A stretch of DNA of 64,000 nucleotides from Candidatus Doudnabacteria bacterium (GCA_963837465.1 CAWINB010000001.1:75915-139914), one strand, 5' to 3'. Positions 1-9,246 are shown, counted from the stretch's first letter. The notes: generated by a model from the letters alone, not told the origin. Made by a program: numbers and translations.

Positions 1-130
1 GCCCTTTTTTTATTGGCCGGATATTGCTAAAATATAATTAATCTCAGTTTAATCATCAATTATCCAATCTTTTATTAATTGGCTGAAAAAAATTTTAAAG
101 TACTCGCTAGTTGCCGCGGCCGCGGTTTTA

Positions 131-652
131 TTGCTGGATTTGGCCGTGGTGGTATTTTTTGGTTTTTACCGCCCGGTTATCCATCCTGCCGATGACATTG
201 TGGTTTTAGGCGCGGCGGCTAATACCCCCGCGGCTTATAACCGCAGCTTGCAGGGACTGAAATTATTTCAGGAAGGGTTAGCCCCGGCCATCGTGGTTTC
301 CGGAGGCAAAGATTACAGCCGCGGCCCCACCGAAGCCAATTATATGGAAAGGGTTATTGAGGCGAATTCATCCACCGCGGCGCCAATCATCGTGGAAGAC
401 AAATCTTATTCCACCTATGAAAATTTAAACAACACCCGCGCCATAATCGGCTACGGCAAAAGCATAATCATTGTCAGCGATACCTACCATTTAGCCCGCT
501 CCGTTTTAATGGCCGAACGTTTGGGCTTTAAGCCCGTTTACTGGAGTTCGCCATCGCCCGATTACTACGCGCCAAAAGAATTGGCCTACTACTATTTACG
601 CGAAGTTTTAGCGATGATAGATTACGTGCCAAAGTTTGTGACGGGAAAATAA
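131..652 (+). CDS. DUF218/YdcF-like (SanA/ElyC family) protein
   Basis: 173-aa ORF. The pattern VVLGAA...AIVVSGG...IIVSDTYHLAR resembles the DUF218 fold. Start is uncertain and may extend upstream of the window. Confidence 0.45.
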   Translation: MLDLAVVVFFGFYRPVIHPADDIVVLGAAANTPAAYNRSLQGLKLFQEGLAPAIVVSGGKDYSRGPTEANYMERVIEANSSTAAPIIVEDKSYSTYENLNNTRAIIGYGKSIIIVSDTYHLARSVLMAERLGFKPVYWSSPSPDYYAPKELAYYYLREVLAMIDYVPKFVTGK

Positions 653-703
653 AGCAAAAATCCAGACAAGGTTCCCCTTGTTTAAGCTCAAAAGACTTAA
701 ATT

Positions 704-732
704 TGACGGATTTCAAAGCTTCCGGTATAATA
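704..732 (+). promoter_or_regulatory. sigma70-type promoter upstream of rplJ-rplL
   Basis: TTGACG (704-709), 17-nt spacer, TATAAT (727-732). Seen directly in sequence. Confidence 0.5.
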
Positions 733-734
733 AA

Positions 735-925
735 GTTAATTTCCGCCAAAAGCGGATCCGCCCTGGCGGAAAATATCTAAAGACAGTTGGCGGCTGAGAA
801 GCCTTAATTATCATAAAACAATGATTGCCCACCGAGGAATAACGATCAAATTTTTTATTTGATATGTTTCGTACTCGGGAAAACCCGGGTTTTATTTTCG
901 CGATATTTACAGGCTAAATCGGTCG
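735..925 (+). promoter_or_regulatory. rplJ (L10) leader region with attenuator-like hairpin
   Basis: 190-nt untranslated leader before rplJ. Hairpin CGGGAAAACCCG followed by GGTTTTATTTT at 876-899. L10 leaders are known autoregulatory elements. Confidence 0.4.
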
Positions 926-970
926 ATGCTAGCCATTAACCCCTATTCACTAACCCTTATTCCCCAACTT

Positions 971-1486
971 ATGTCCAAACCCAAAATTCAAAAGACCAAA
1001 GACTTGGAAGAGCTGACGGCCAAACTGGCCCAGGCCAAAGGCGCGGTATTTTCCGATTACCGCGGCACAACCGTTAAGGATCTGGATAAATTCCGCAAAG
1101 AATTGCGCAAGGAAAACGTTTTTTCCAAAGTCTACAAAATTACTTTGCTGAAAAAAGCCATGGAGCAAAACGGTATGGATGCTTCGTCCGTTAACTACAA
1201 GACGCCGGTAATTATGGCAATGTCCAACGAAGACGAAGTTGCCGCCGCCAGGATTATCAGAAACCTGTCCAAAGAACTTAAGACCATAAATATTTTAGAG
1301 GGCATTGTAGATAAAAAAGTTATCGGCAAAGCCCAGGTGCTGGCTTTGGCGGAATTGCCGGGCAAACAGCAGTTGCTCAGCCAGCTTGTGGGAGCTATCA
1401 ACGCCCCTGTATCCGGTTTTGTCAACGTTCTGGCAGGCAATATCAGAGGCTTGATAAATGTGTTTAACGCCATAGCGGCGAAGTAG
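971..1486 (+). CDS. rplJ: 50S ribosomal protein L10
   Basis: MSKPKIQKTKDLEELTAKLAQAKGAVFSDYRG... is typical L10. ATG at 971 preferred over the track start at 926. Confidence 0.9.
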   Translation: MSKPKIQKTKDLEELTAKLAQAKGAVFSDYRGTTVKDLDKFRKELRKENVFSKVYKITLLKKAMEQNGMDASSVNYKTPVIMAMSNEDEVAAARIIRNLSKELKTINILEGIVDKKVIGKAQVLALAELPGKQQLLSQLVGAINAPVSGFVNVLAGNIRGLINVFNAIAAK

Positions 1487-1602
1487 AATTATGATCCATG
1501 AATCAGGATCACAGATCCATCCATATTTCATAACCCATGATTTCCAATTCAATTAACAATAATTAACCGAGATTTAAATCTCTGAAATTAAAGGAAAAAT
1601 TT

Positions 1603-2010
1603 ATGTCCGATGAAGTAAAAGTTGAAGTTCCCGAAAAGTTTAAAGCTTTGGTGGAACAAATTGAAAAGCTTTCCGTTTTGGAGCTTTCCGAATTGGTAAA
1701 AGTTTTAGAAGGTAAGTTTGGCGTTTCTGCCGCCGCTCCCATGATGATGGGGGCCATGCCTGCCGCGGGAGCCGCCGCGGGAGCCGCCGCCGAAGAAAAA
1801 ACCGAATTTACGGTTGAGCTGACCGAAGCAGGCGCCAATAAGATTAACGTTATTAAAATTGTAAGAGAAGTAACGGGCCTGGGCCTTAAAGAAGCCAAGG
1901 ATATTGTGGACGCCGCTCCCAAAGTAGTTAAGGAGAACGTTGCCAAAGCCGATGCCGAAGCCATGAAGAAAAAGATTGAAGAAGCGGGCGGTAAAGCAGT
2001 TCTGAAATAG
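1603..2010 (+). CDS. rplL: 50S ribosomal protein L7/L12
   Basis: Ala-rich hinge ([24 protein letters not shown]) and C-terminal domain [19 protein letters not shown]. Immediately downstream of rplJ. Confidence 0.95.
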   Translation: MSDEVKVEVPEKFKALVEQIEKLSVLELSELVKVLEGKFGVSAAAPMMMGAMPAAGAAAGAAAEEKTEFTVELTEAGANKINVIKIVREVTGLGLKEAKDIVDAAPKVVKENVAKADAEAMKKKIEEAGGKAVLK

Positions 2011-2069
2011 CTTTGCTGAAATAAATTATTTCGAACTGTACCGGAATTTTTTACGCCCAAGGGTTTTCA

Positions 2070-3095
2070 ATGGTAAATTTCTGGCAACAATTCAACAAAC
2101 CCTTTTTCTGCCTCGCTCCCATGGAAGAGGTTACGGATTTCGCGTTTCGGGAAATGTTCGCGCGTTACAGCGGCAGGCAAGTTGCGAGTAGCGGGTCGCG
2201 GGTATCCGGCGGTAACAATTTTGTCATGTTTACCGAGTTTGTTAATGTAGATGGTTTGTTGCACCCGGAGGGTTTTAAAAAATTATCCATAGATTTAAAA
2301 TATTCGGAAATCCAAAGGCCCGTTGTGGCGCAAATTTGGGGAAGGGATCCGGAAAAATTTTACCGCGCCGCGCAACTCATCAGGGAGTTAAAATTTGACG
2401 GCATAGACATTAATATGGGCTGTCCGCAATCCAGGGAAATCCAGATCGGCGCCTGCGCGGCTTTAATCCGCGAGCCGAAATCAGCCCAGGAGATAATCAG
2501 CGCCACAAAAAAAGGCGCGGGTAATTTGCCCGTATCCGTTAAAACAAGAATCGGTTACGGTAAAACCGACGAAATGGGGGATTGGCTGAAAGCGCTTTTG
2601 GAAATGGATTTGGCCGCCATAACTTTACACTGCCGCACCAAGCAGGAAATGTCCAAAGTTCCGGCGCATTGGGACAAGATTACGGAAGCGGTTGTGATTA
2701 GGGATAAGGAGTTAGGCGTTGGGGCTAAGGGCGGCGGCACTTTGATTATCGGTAACGGCGATATTAAAAGCAGGGAAGATGGTTTGCAAAAAGCCCGGGA
2801 AACCGGAGCCGATGGTGTTATGGTTGGCCGTAGCGCTTTTGGCAATCCCTGGTTTTTCCAGGGCGGTATCATTCAGCCCAATCCCATAGAGCGCTTGCGG
2901 GTAATGCTGGAACACGCCGAACTGTTTGACCAAACTTTAGGCTCCGTAAAATCATTTTTTATTATGCGCAAGCACTTTAAGGCCTATTGCGGCGGCTTTG
3001 GCGGCGCGTCGGAACTGCGCGCCAAGCTTATGGAGGCGAAAAATTTGGAAGACGCCACGCAGGCCGTAAGTATTTTTTTGAAAAAATTTCCCTGA
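2070..3095 (+). CDS. dus: tRNA-dihydrouridine synthase
   Basis: CLAPMEEVTDFAFR is the Dus N-terminal motif, plus a TIM-barrel FMN-binding region. A possible 13-aa GC-rich insertion lies at nt ~2168-2215. Confidence 0.85.
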   Translation: MVNFWQQFNKPFFCLAPMEEVTDFAFREMFARYSGRQVASSGSRVSGGNNFVMFTEFVNVDGLLHPEGFKKLSIDLKYSEIQRPVVAQIWGRDPEKFYRAAQLIRELKFDGIDINMGCPQSREIQIGACAALIREPKSAQEIISATKKGAGNLPVSVKTRIGYGKTDEMGDWLKALLEMDLAAITLHCRTKQEMSKVPAHWDKITEAVVIRDKELGVGAKGGGTLIIGNGDIKSREDGLQKARETGADGVMVGRSAFGNPWFFQGGIIQPNPIERLRVMLEHAELFDQTLGSVKSFFIMRKHFKAYCGGFGGASELRAKLMEAKNLEDATQAVSIFLKKFP

Positions 3096-3108
3096 ACACC
3101 GCTTTCAG

Positions 3109-3143
3109 AGCTTAGTGTCAAGGGTCACCCTTGACACTAAGCT
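3109..3143. terminator. palindromic hairpin (16-bp stem, 3-nt loop) between convergent dus and CYTH genes; repeated element
   Basis: AGCTTAGTGTCAAGGG-TCA-CCCTTGACACTAAGCT. The 25-bp core AGTGTCAAGGGTCACCCTTGACACT recurs identically at 22359-22383. Confidence 0.6.
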
Positions 3144-3712
3144 ATCCTGTCAAAAGTGAAGTATCTTAAATGACCGGCCGGAATATTGTAATCTTTTTCC
3201 AGGACGTAACCCGCGCTTTCCGTTCTTCTTCGCGCCCAGTCAAGGTCAAGTTTTTCAGCCGTAAGTTTTAAGCTGGCTTCGTCCGGGCCCTCAATTTCCA
3301 AATAAGTCGGCGCTTTGGGCCAGGTGTCCAAATCCAGCGTTACTTCTCCCAGCTTAAACGAATGGCGCTTTTTTTCCTGGAAACGGTAGGCCACCAAGCC
3401 CAGTTCCTCCAGAAAACTTCTAGCTTTTTCCATATCGTCAACTTTAAATTCAATTTCCTTGACGCCGATTTTTTGACCGACTACGCGGTATTTATAGGTT
3501 AAAAAAATGCCGGCGCGGTTTTTCCTCAAACGCGCCAGCTGGAAAACGGTGTTCCTGTTTTCCAGCCACTCCAAATTTTTATCGTAAAAAATTATTTCCG
3601 CGAGAAAGTCCTCGCCCAAATCTTCCGCGCCCAGCTTTTTTAAATCCGAGCGGATTTTGTCTTGGTCAACTTCCAGGAACTTAACCTCGATTTCCCTATT
3701 TGAATCGTTCAT
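3137..3712 (-). CDS. CYTH-domain protein (triphosphate tunnel metalloenzyme / class IV adenylate cyclase-like)
   Basis: N-terminal EIEVKFLEVD is the ExExK signature of CYTH. 191 aa. Confidence 0.7.
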   Translation of the reverse strand: MNDSNREIEVKFLEVDQDKIRSDLKKLGAEDLGEDFLAEIIFYDKNLEWLENRNTVFQLARLRKNRAGIFLTYKYRVVGQKIGVKEIEFKVDDMEKARSFLEELGLVAYRFQEKKRHSFKLGEVTLDLDTWPKAPTYLEIEGPDEASLKLTAEKLDLDWARRRTESAGYVLEKDYNIPAGHLRYFTFDRIA

Positions 3713-3723
3713 ATTGATTGACG

Positions 3724-3742
3724 ATATCCGGATCCCGGATAT
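3724..3742. promoter_or_regulatory. 19-bp near-palindrome immediately upstream of the CYTH gene start (candidate operator)
   Basis: ATATCCG-GATCC-CGGATAT. Seen in sequence only. Confidence 0.25.
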
Positions 3743-3814
3743 TTTAACAGCCCTTCCGCCTTCACTTCGCCAAAATCACGCCTCACGCCCTAAAAATTCC
3801 GGGATGGGCAGACT

Positions 3815-3919
3815 TACTGACCTTTAACACATAGCTTAATAATCAGATGTGTCGCAAACTCTATAAAATCAAGCAGTTTTGATTAACATCTCTATTAACT
3901 TAAGTGTTAAAGGTCAGTA
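3815..3919. mobile_element. 105-bp MITE-like repeat, copy 1
   Basis: Terminal inverted repeats TACTGACCTTTAACAC / GTGTTAAAGGTCAGTA. Near-identical full copy at 34198-34302 and 3' half at 59455-59497. All are intergenic. Confidence 0.6.
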
Positions 3920-3954
3920 GATTCTGCGGTTTTACGTGGTGTCCGCAAGCTCTG

Positions 3955-6030
3955 TTAAGGTAAAGCCACTTTCAGCAGATTACCATCATTGAGCACAAAT
4001 ATGGTCTTGCCGGGCTCGTTAACCGCAAAATCCATAAGTTTGGTAAACTGTGATGACTTAAGCGTTTCCTGCAGGTTACCGGTTTTATCCATAACCAAAA
4101 TTTGGTTATTGGCCACATCCATCAAATAGATATTGTTGAAGCTTTTTTGGGTATAGATTTTATCGCCCGGCGCAAGGGGGGTTGAAAGGCCGGAGTCGGC
4201 AAAGGCGGCAGGCCCGCCGGCAAAGAATTTATTGACGCCGTTTTGGCCGAGGGCAAAAATACTGCCGTCAACAGCCAGGCTTTGGGCCTGCGCCAGGCTT
4301 GGACCCTGCGTCGAGACCACCGGTTTTGAAATAGTATTTTTTGTAACCAGGAAACTCAGAACCTCGGCCGCGCTTTTATCTATTAAATAGACGCGGTTGT
4401 TGAGGCCATAAAAACTTATGCCGCCGAAACTGCTTTTGGCAGGCACGTTTTGGGTAAAAGCCGGACCCAGGGTACCGGATAAAAAATTCCAAACGTACAA
4501 ACTCGTTCCATCGTAAACCACGGCCGAAGAGTCGTTTACATCCACACTGGCCACAATGCCCACAGGACAGCTAAGCGCGCCGTCGGCTATTTGACCGCTT
4601 TGCAGGTCGTAACTGATAATATCACCAACAGCCTGGGTGCCCAAAAATTGCGGCAAACTTATCAGGCTCAATCCTTTGCCCAAATTACCCAAATCGCTTA
4701 CCTTGACCTGCGTGACTTTTTGTATCTGCTGCAGCAGCGTTTGATATTGGGAAGAAATTTGGCTGTAAAGGATTTTGTCGGCGGACGGTACGTTTTTGGC
4801 CGGCGGTAAATCCGTTCCGGCCTGCTTTATAAGACCGGCGGCCTGGCTGTCGTCTTTATACAGGATTAAAGATTGGGCGTTGGCCAAAAGGCTTTTGGCG
4901 TTTTGCAACTGGCCGCTGATTTGGTCTTGTACCGCACGGCTTTTCTTTAAGTGCGCGGCTATTATAATATTGGCGGCCACGGCCAGCAGTAAAATAAGCG
5001 CCGAAGCCAGAAAGAATTTTTTTTGCCGGCTGAGGGAGCGGAAATTTTGCGGATTAACCGAAGTCTTAACGGCCTTGGCCGAAGTTTTGGCTTTCTGCCA
5101 GATTTTATTGCCGCCTGCCATTAGGCTCCGGGTATTTTGTGGTAAATTTTTCAGCCTTTGGCCCAAAGCCGCCCCGCCTCCATTAATGGATTTTGGCAAT
5201 CCGGCGGAGGGTTGGCTGGACGGCAAAAAAGCTTTGACATAATCCAGAGTCCGCGTTATAACGGTTTTGTTGGTTAAACCAGCCGGGACTGAGTAACCCG
5301 CCGTTGCCGTTTCCTGCTCCCGGGCTTGTCCTTCCGGAACCTGCAAATTCAGCAAAACCCCAAAAGACGCCTCGCCACCCGAGTTTTGTTTCAACAGTCC
5401 GATAATTGTTTTTACTCCGAGCAAAAAATCGCCGCTCATAATATCTTTAAGCCTGTCCAGCGATAAGTAATTCAGCAGTTGGGTGGTAGAGAGGATAATA
5501 AGGTCGTTTAGCCGGATTTTGCCGATGGCGTAGTTTTGGAAAGTTTTTAACGGATGAGTTTGGTCCGATGAGCAGGAGATATCGGTAAACTCGCCGTTGC
5601 GAAATAAGAAAGCCGCCACTTTTCCGGTGCTGGCCATGCTTAACTCAAGTCCCTGCCTGACGCCCAGCACGCAGTTAAGCTTATCTATCCACTGTGTTTG
5701 ACCCAGGGAGGCCAGCTTGCCCAGTTCCTCGTTTATTTGGCCAATGGCCGTTTCAAAAGTGTTTTCCGAAAGCGGGGCAGTTTTATAAGCCCTTCTAAAG
5801 GCCGAACCTATAGCCAGACAAATCCTTTGGCAATCTTCCGTTGCCGCCGGCGTTAGTATGGGCAGTTCGGCCACGGCGTACAGTTCCGCGGAGCCGGCGG
5901 TTTCCGCCATCAAATAAACATAACTACCAGGCGCCTTATTGTTTCCAAGTTGGATTTTTGCTATCTGTGACTCTAATTCTTCCATGAAAATACGATTGGA
6001 TAAAATGAATTCCCGGTTATTATACAACAA
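3955..6030 (-). CDS. large membrane-anchored hypothetical protein (weak PP2C/SpoIIE-like N-terminal region, central TM, C-terminal beta-propeller-like repeats)
   Basis: 691-aa ORF with one hydrophobic span (FFLASALILLLAVAANIIIAA) and repetitive C-terminal segments. Domain calls are weak. Confidence 0.55.
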   Translation of the reverse strand: MLYNNREFILSNRIFMEELESQIAKIQLGNNKAPGSYVYLMAETAGSAELYAVAELPILTPAATEDCQRICLAIGSAFRRAYKTAPLSENTFETAIGQINEELGKLASLGQTQWIDKLNCVLGVRQGLELSMASTGKVAAFLFRNGEFTDISCSSDQTHPLKTFQNYAIGKIRLNDLIILSTTQLLNYLSLDRLKDIMSGDFLLGVKTIIGLLKQNSGGEASFGVLLNLQVPEGQAREQETATAGYSVPAGLTNKTVITRTLDYVKAFLPSSQPSAGLPKSINGGGAALGQRLKNLPQNTRSLMAGGNKIWQKAKTSAKAVKTSVNPQNFRSLSRQKKFFLASALILLLAVAANIIIAAHLKKSRAVQDQISGQLQNAKSLLANAQSLILYKDDSQAAGLIKQAGTDLPPAKNVPSADKILYSQISSQYQTLLQQIQKVTQVKVSDLGNLGKGLSLISLPQFLGTQAVGDIISYDLQSGQIADGALSCPVGIVASVDVNDSSAVVYDGTSLYVWNFLSGTLGPAFTQNVPAKSSFGGISFYGLNNRVYLIDKSAAEVLSFLVTKNTISKPVVSTQGPSLAQAQSLAVDGSIFALGQNGVNKFFAGGPAAFADSGLSTPLAPGDKIYTQKSFNNIYLMDVANNQILVMDKTGNLQETLKSSQFTKLMDFAVNEPGKTIFVLNDGNLLKVALP

Positions 6031-6113
6031 TTATCCCCAAACTCCAAACTTTCTTACGGCAATAATACCTGGCCTCGCAAACAAATGCTTCCAATATATG
6101 CTATAATTTCCGT

Positions 6114-6683
6114 ATGTTACAGGAAATAATAGATTCCAAAATTGATTCCGAAGCTTTAAGCTTTTTTTTGTCAGCGCCTCAAAGAAGTTTTTCGGTTGTG
6201 GAAATTTCCAAACGACTGGGCGCTCCCAATTTAAAAGCGGCGCGCAGTTTAAACAAGCTGGCCGCTGCCGGCATTTTAAAAAATTTTGCCAAAAAAGGCA
6301 AAAAATATTACCTGCTGGATTCCCGTTATAAGCTGTTGCCGGAGATAACCAAACGCTGGTCCCCGGGAGGAGCCAAATACGAGGATGAGCTTTTTTTTGC
6401 CATCAAGCGCCTGGGCAAAATTGAGGCCGCGTTTTTAAGCGGTATCTTTTCCGGCGAGCCGGAATTGCCCGTGGACTTGCTGCTTGTCGGCAAAGTCAAC
6501 CTAAAAAAACTTTCGGATTTTTTAAAGTCCGCGGAAAAAATGATGGGCCAGGAAATAAATTACAGTATCATGAGCGTGGAAGAATTTTTGCTGCGCCGCG
6601 ATACTTTTGACAAATTCATTAAGGATATTTTTGACTATCCGCACTTGAGAGTCGTGGATAATCTGGCTAAGTCAAAACGATAG
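6114..6683 (+). CDS. hypothetical protein with N-terminal winged-helix-like region
   Basis: 189-aa ORF divergent from the large minus-strand gene. No strong motif. Confidence 0.4.
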   Translation: MLQEIIDSKIDSEALSFFLSAPQRSFSVVEISKRLGAPNLKAARSLNKLAAAGILKNFAKKGKKYYLLDSRYKLLPEITKRWSPGGAKYEDELFFAIKRLGKIEAAFLSGIFSGEPELPVDLLLVGKVNLKKLSDFLKSAEKMMGQEINYSIMSVEEFLLRRDTFDKFIKDIFDYPHLRVVDNLAKSKR

Positions 6684-6776
6684 AACGAATCTTTGATATT
6701 CCGCGAGGAGCCACGGCCGGCAGTAGCCTCGCGCCTCCTCTTTTCAACAAAAAATAAGATGTTATAATCAAGATAG

Positions 6777-7019
6777 ATGTCCTTATCCGATTTACAAAGC
6801 TTATACCTGCAGTTTTTGGCCAACTTTCCACCCAGCCTTCAGCCGCTTATTTCCATTGGCCTGGCGTTATTGATAATTTACTCTATTTTTAAAGTCATAA
6901 GAAAAGACTGGATTTTTCTTATCGCTTTGCTTATTTTGCTCCCGGCCAGCAAGCCTATTTTGGAAAGCGTTTGGCAGGGGATTGTGGTGTTCATAAAGTT
7001 TTTGCTCAACACAAAATAA
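6777..7019 (+). CDS. small hypothetical membrane protein
   Basis: 80 aa with two hydrophobic helices. Confidence 0.3.
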   Translation: MSLSDLQSLYLQFLANFPPSLQPLISIGLALLIIYSIFKVIRKDWIFLIALLILLPASKPILESVWQGIVVFIKFLLNTK

Positions 7020-7245
7020 AATCAGCAACTAATCCCATAACCCTCGTTTGAGGATTTTTTGTTATTTGATGGCTTTCTTGCTGTGAGGGGGTAGTTCCCA
7101 TATTATCTGTGGATAACTTAAAATACCGCCTAGTCTTTTTCTTGGCGGATGCCGCGGAGTTTTAAAGGGTTGTTTTTGCCTCATAGATAAAGTATTTTTT
7201 CGCTTTTTTTGTACCCAAAATTTTTGCCGAAAATACTAACCTAAC

Positions 7246-7274
7246 TTGACATCAGGTGAACGAAGGTTTACTAT
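7246..7274 (+). promoter_or_regulatory. lexA promoter with overlapping Cheo-box-like motif
   Basis: TTGACA (7246-7251), 17-nt spacer, TACTAT. Spacer contains GAACGAAGGTTT (7258-7269), resembling the Gram-positive LexA box CGAACnnnnGTTCG. Confidence 0.4.
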
Positions 7275-7306
7275 ACCTATATCAACAAATTAATCATCAA
7301 AATTTT

Positions 7307-7924
7307 ATGTCCAAAGAAATAACTTCCAGGCAGAAAGAGCTACTCCAATTTATAATAAAACAAGTTCGCGATTATAGCCTTCCCCCCAGCATTTCCGAGA
7401 TGGCAGAATTTTTAAAAGTTAAATCCAAAAACGGGGTGGCCAAACTTTTGGACGCGTTGGAAGTGGCTGGCTATATAAAAATTTCTGGCAAAGCGCGGGG
7501 AATTGAAGTTTTAAACTCTTTGGGCGAAAGTTTGCAAAAAGGTTTGGTCGCTGTGCCGCTTTTAGGCAACATCCAGGCCGGAGCCCCAACTCTGGCTGAA
7601 GAGCATATAGAGGAATGGATAAACCTGCCGCAGACTCTTATAAAAAACCGGCGCGATGTTTTTTTGCTGCGGGTCCGGGGCGACAGTATGATTAACGCGG
7701 GCATTTACGAAGGTGATTTGGTTATTGTGCGACCGACCAAAGACGCGAGGAATAATGATATTGTAGTCGCTTTGCTCCATGATGAAGCCACGGTAAAGCG
7801 GTTTATACAAATTAAAAACCGAGCTTATCTTAAAGCTGAAAATCCGGATTATAAAAATATTTACCCAAAAGAAGACTGGATGGTACAGGGGAAGGTTGTT
7901 GGGGTTATCAGGAATTTGGAATAA
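7307..7924 (+). CDS. lexA: LexA repressor (S24 peptidase)
   Basis: N-terminal wHTH. C-terminal motifs AG (cleavage site), GDSM (Ser nucleophile) and VKRF (Lys). ATG at 7307 preferred because the track start at 7256 overlaps the promoter. Confidence 0.85.
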   Translation: MSKEITSRQKELLQFIIKQVRDYSLPPSISEMAEFLKVKSKNGVAKLLDALEVAGYIKISGKARGIEVLNSLGESLQKGLVAVPLLGNIQAGAPTLAEEHIEEWINLPQTLIKNRRDVFLLRVRGDSMINAGIYEGDLVIVRPTKDARNNDIVVALLHDEATVKRFIQIKNRAYLKAENPDYKNIYPKEDWMVQGKVVGVIRNLE

Positions 7925-8375
7925 CACTCCTAATTTTTGCCTAAAGGCTATCCACTAAATACTATTTATTATGTCCGAACTTCAAAAAATCAAACAAAAT
8001 ATAGTTACCCAACTTTCCGGGTTATGCGCGCACTGCGCTTCGGGAACCGGACGCCCACATAGCTGCCCGGTCCAGGAAATTTCCGCCCGTGTCCGGTGTT
8101 TACGGGGCGTACCGCTCATAGTTAACTCTGAATTCAGGGGAGTTTTATTCGCGGGCGTAAGAGCGGGAGAAATTAAATAGCTTGCTGTTTAATTTCCGGG
8201 TCGAAGGAGTCTTAATACAGATTCAATACCGCGGAGCTCCGCTCCGAAAAGATAGCCGCTCCCGCGTTAATACCTCGTCAGCTCTGCCGCGGGGAACCTT
8301 TATTTCCCAGAGTGTAAAAAAGCGGCGATTCTTAAAAAATTAGGAGTTTTTTCAAAACAATGCTAAAATTATTTA

Positions 8376-9161
8376 ATGGAAAACGATACTAAAAATCCTA
8401 TTATTTCTAGCCCTCCTGTTGTTGATTTGTCCGGTCCGGGTCCTGAGTCAGATAAGCCCGTAAAAAGAGTTAAACCTTTGGTGGAAGGGATAAATGCCCC
8501 AAAATCCCTCAATGATATTGTTTTTACAAAACCAAAAGCAGCTCCCTCCACTCTTACACCTGGCGAGCAGGAGTTAATCGTAGAATCTCCGGATTTTAAG
8601 GAAAATCACACATTTTTTCCGGGAGCGCCGGAAGGTTTAGTAAAAAAATCCAACCGTTTGGCTAAATTTATGTGGTTTGCCATAGTGTTTTTAATTTTGG
8701 TTCTTGCCAGCTACGAAGTTTATGGCTGGTATTTGGGTAAAAATAAAGTGGTTTATTCAGGCACCCGTAATCCATACCAGGCAGTTTCTTCATTAGGTGC
8801 TCCCACAGGGTTTTCCACAACTTCCAGCAGCACTCTGGTTACGGCTACCACAACCATTTCGGGCACAAGCACAAGTTCGCTTGCCAGTTCCACTGTCCCT
8901 ATGGGCAACCCGCTTTCCACCAGCTCAACATCTTCAGCCCCAGGGGTGGTTACACCTCAAGCCCCAAAACTCACAGTCAATAAAACCCCGACCGGGTATC
9001 TGAATGTCCGCTCCCAGCCGTCAACTTCGGCTTCAATTATTACCAAAATCCACCCGGGAGATGTCTATCCTTACGCAAACACCCAAAACGGATGGTATGA
9101 CATAATCCTGCCGAGCGGTATCCAGGGTTGGGTAAGCGGTCAATATGTTACTGTCCAATAA
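8376..9161 (+). CDS. membrane protein with Ser/Thr-rich linker and C-terminal bacterial SH3 (SH3b) domain
   Basis: TM helix FMWFAIVFLILVLASY, an S/T-rich low-complexity region, and C-terminal GYLNVRSQPS...GWYDIILPSGIQGWVSGQYV typical of SH3b. Confidence 0.55.
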   Translation: MENDTKNPIISSPPVVDLSGPGPESDKPVKRVKPLVEGINAPKSLNDIVFTKPKAAPSTLTPGEQELIVESPDFKENHTFFPGAPEGLVKKSNRLAKFMWFAIVFLILVLASYEVYGWYLGKNKVVYSGTRNPYQAVSSLGAPTGFSTTSSSTLVTATTTISGTSTSSLASSTVPMGNPLSTSSTSSAPGVVTPQAPKLTVNKTPTGYLNVRSQPSTSASIITKIHPGDVYPYANTQNGWYDIILPSGIQGWVSGQYVTVQ

Positions 9162-9246
9162 GGCGATTTTAAGCGGGCCGCGTAGTTTATATTTTGTGCA
9201 ATAACATGAATCTAAATTACTTTGAGCGCCGTAGTATTATGTAAAT

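Noticed and set aside
926-970. Track start of rplJ at 926
   Set aside because: N-terminal extension MLAINPYSLTLIPQL is not L10-like. ATG at 971 gives the canonical MSKPKIQ start.
1563-2060. 165-aa minus-strand ORF antisense to rplL
   Set aside because: Ala/Ser-rich mirror translation of the L7/L12 gene. Spurious.
3712-3955. Possibility that the 105-bp repeat is a riboswitch or known cis-regulatory RNA
   Set aside because: Copies are not consistently upstream of related genes. One is a 3' fragment and they have terminal inverted repeats. A MITE-like element is favoured, but Rfam should be checked.
7971-8180. 69-aa track ORF
   Set aside because: Low-complexity, Cys/Arg/Gly-rich translation of a GC-rich structured region. 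Treated as part of a candidate ncRNA instead.
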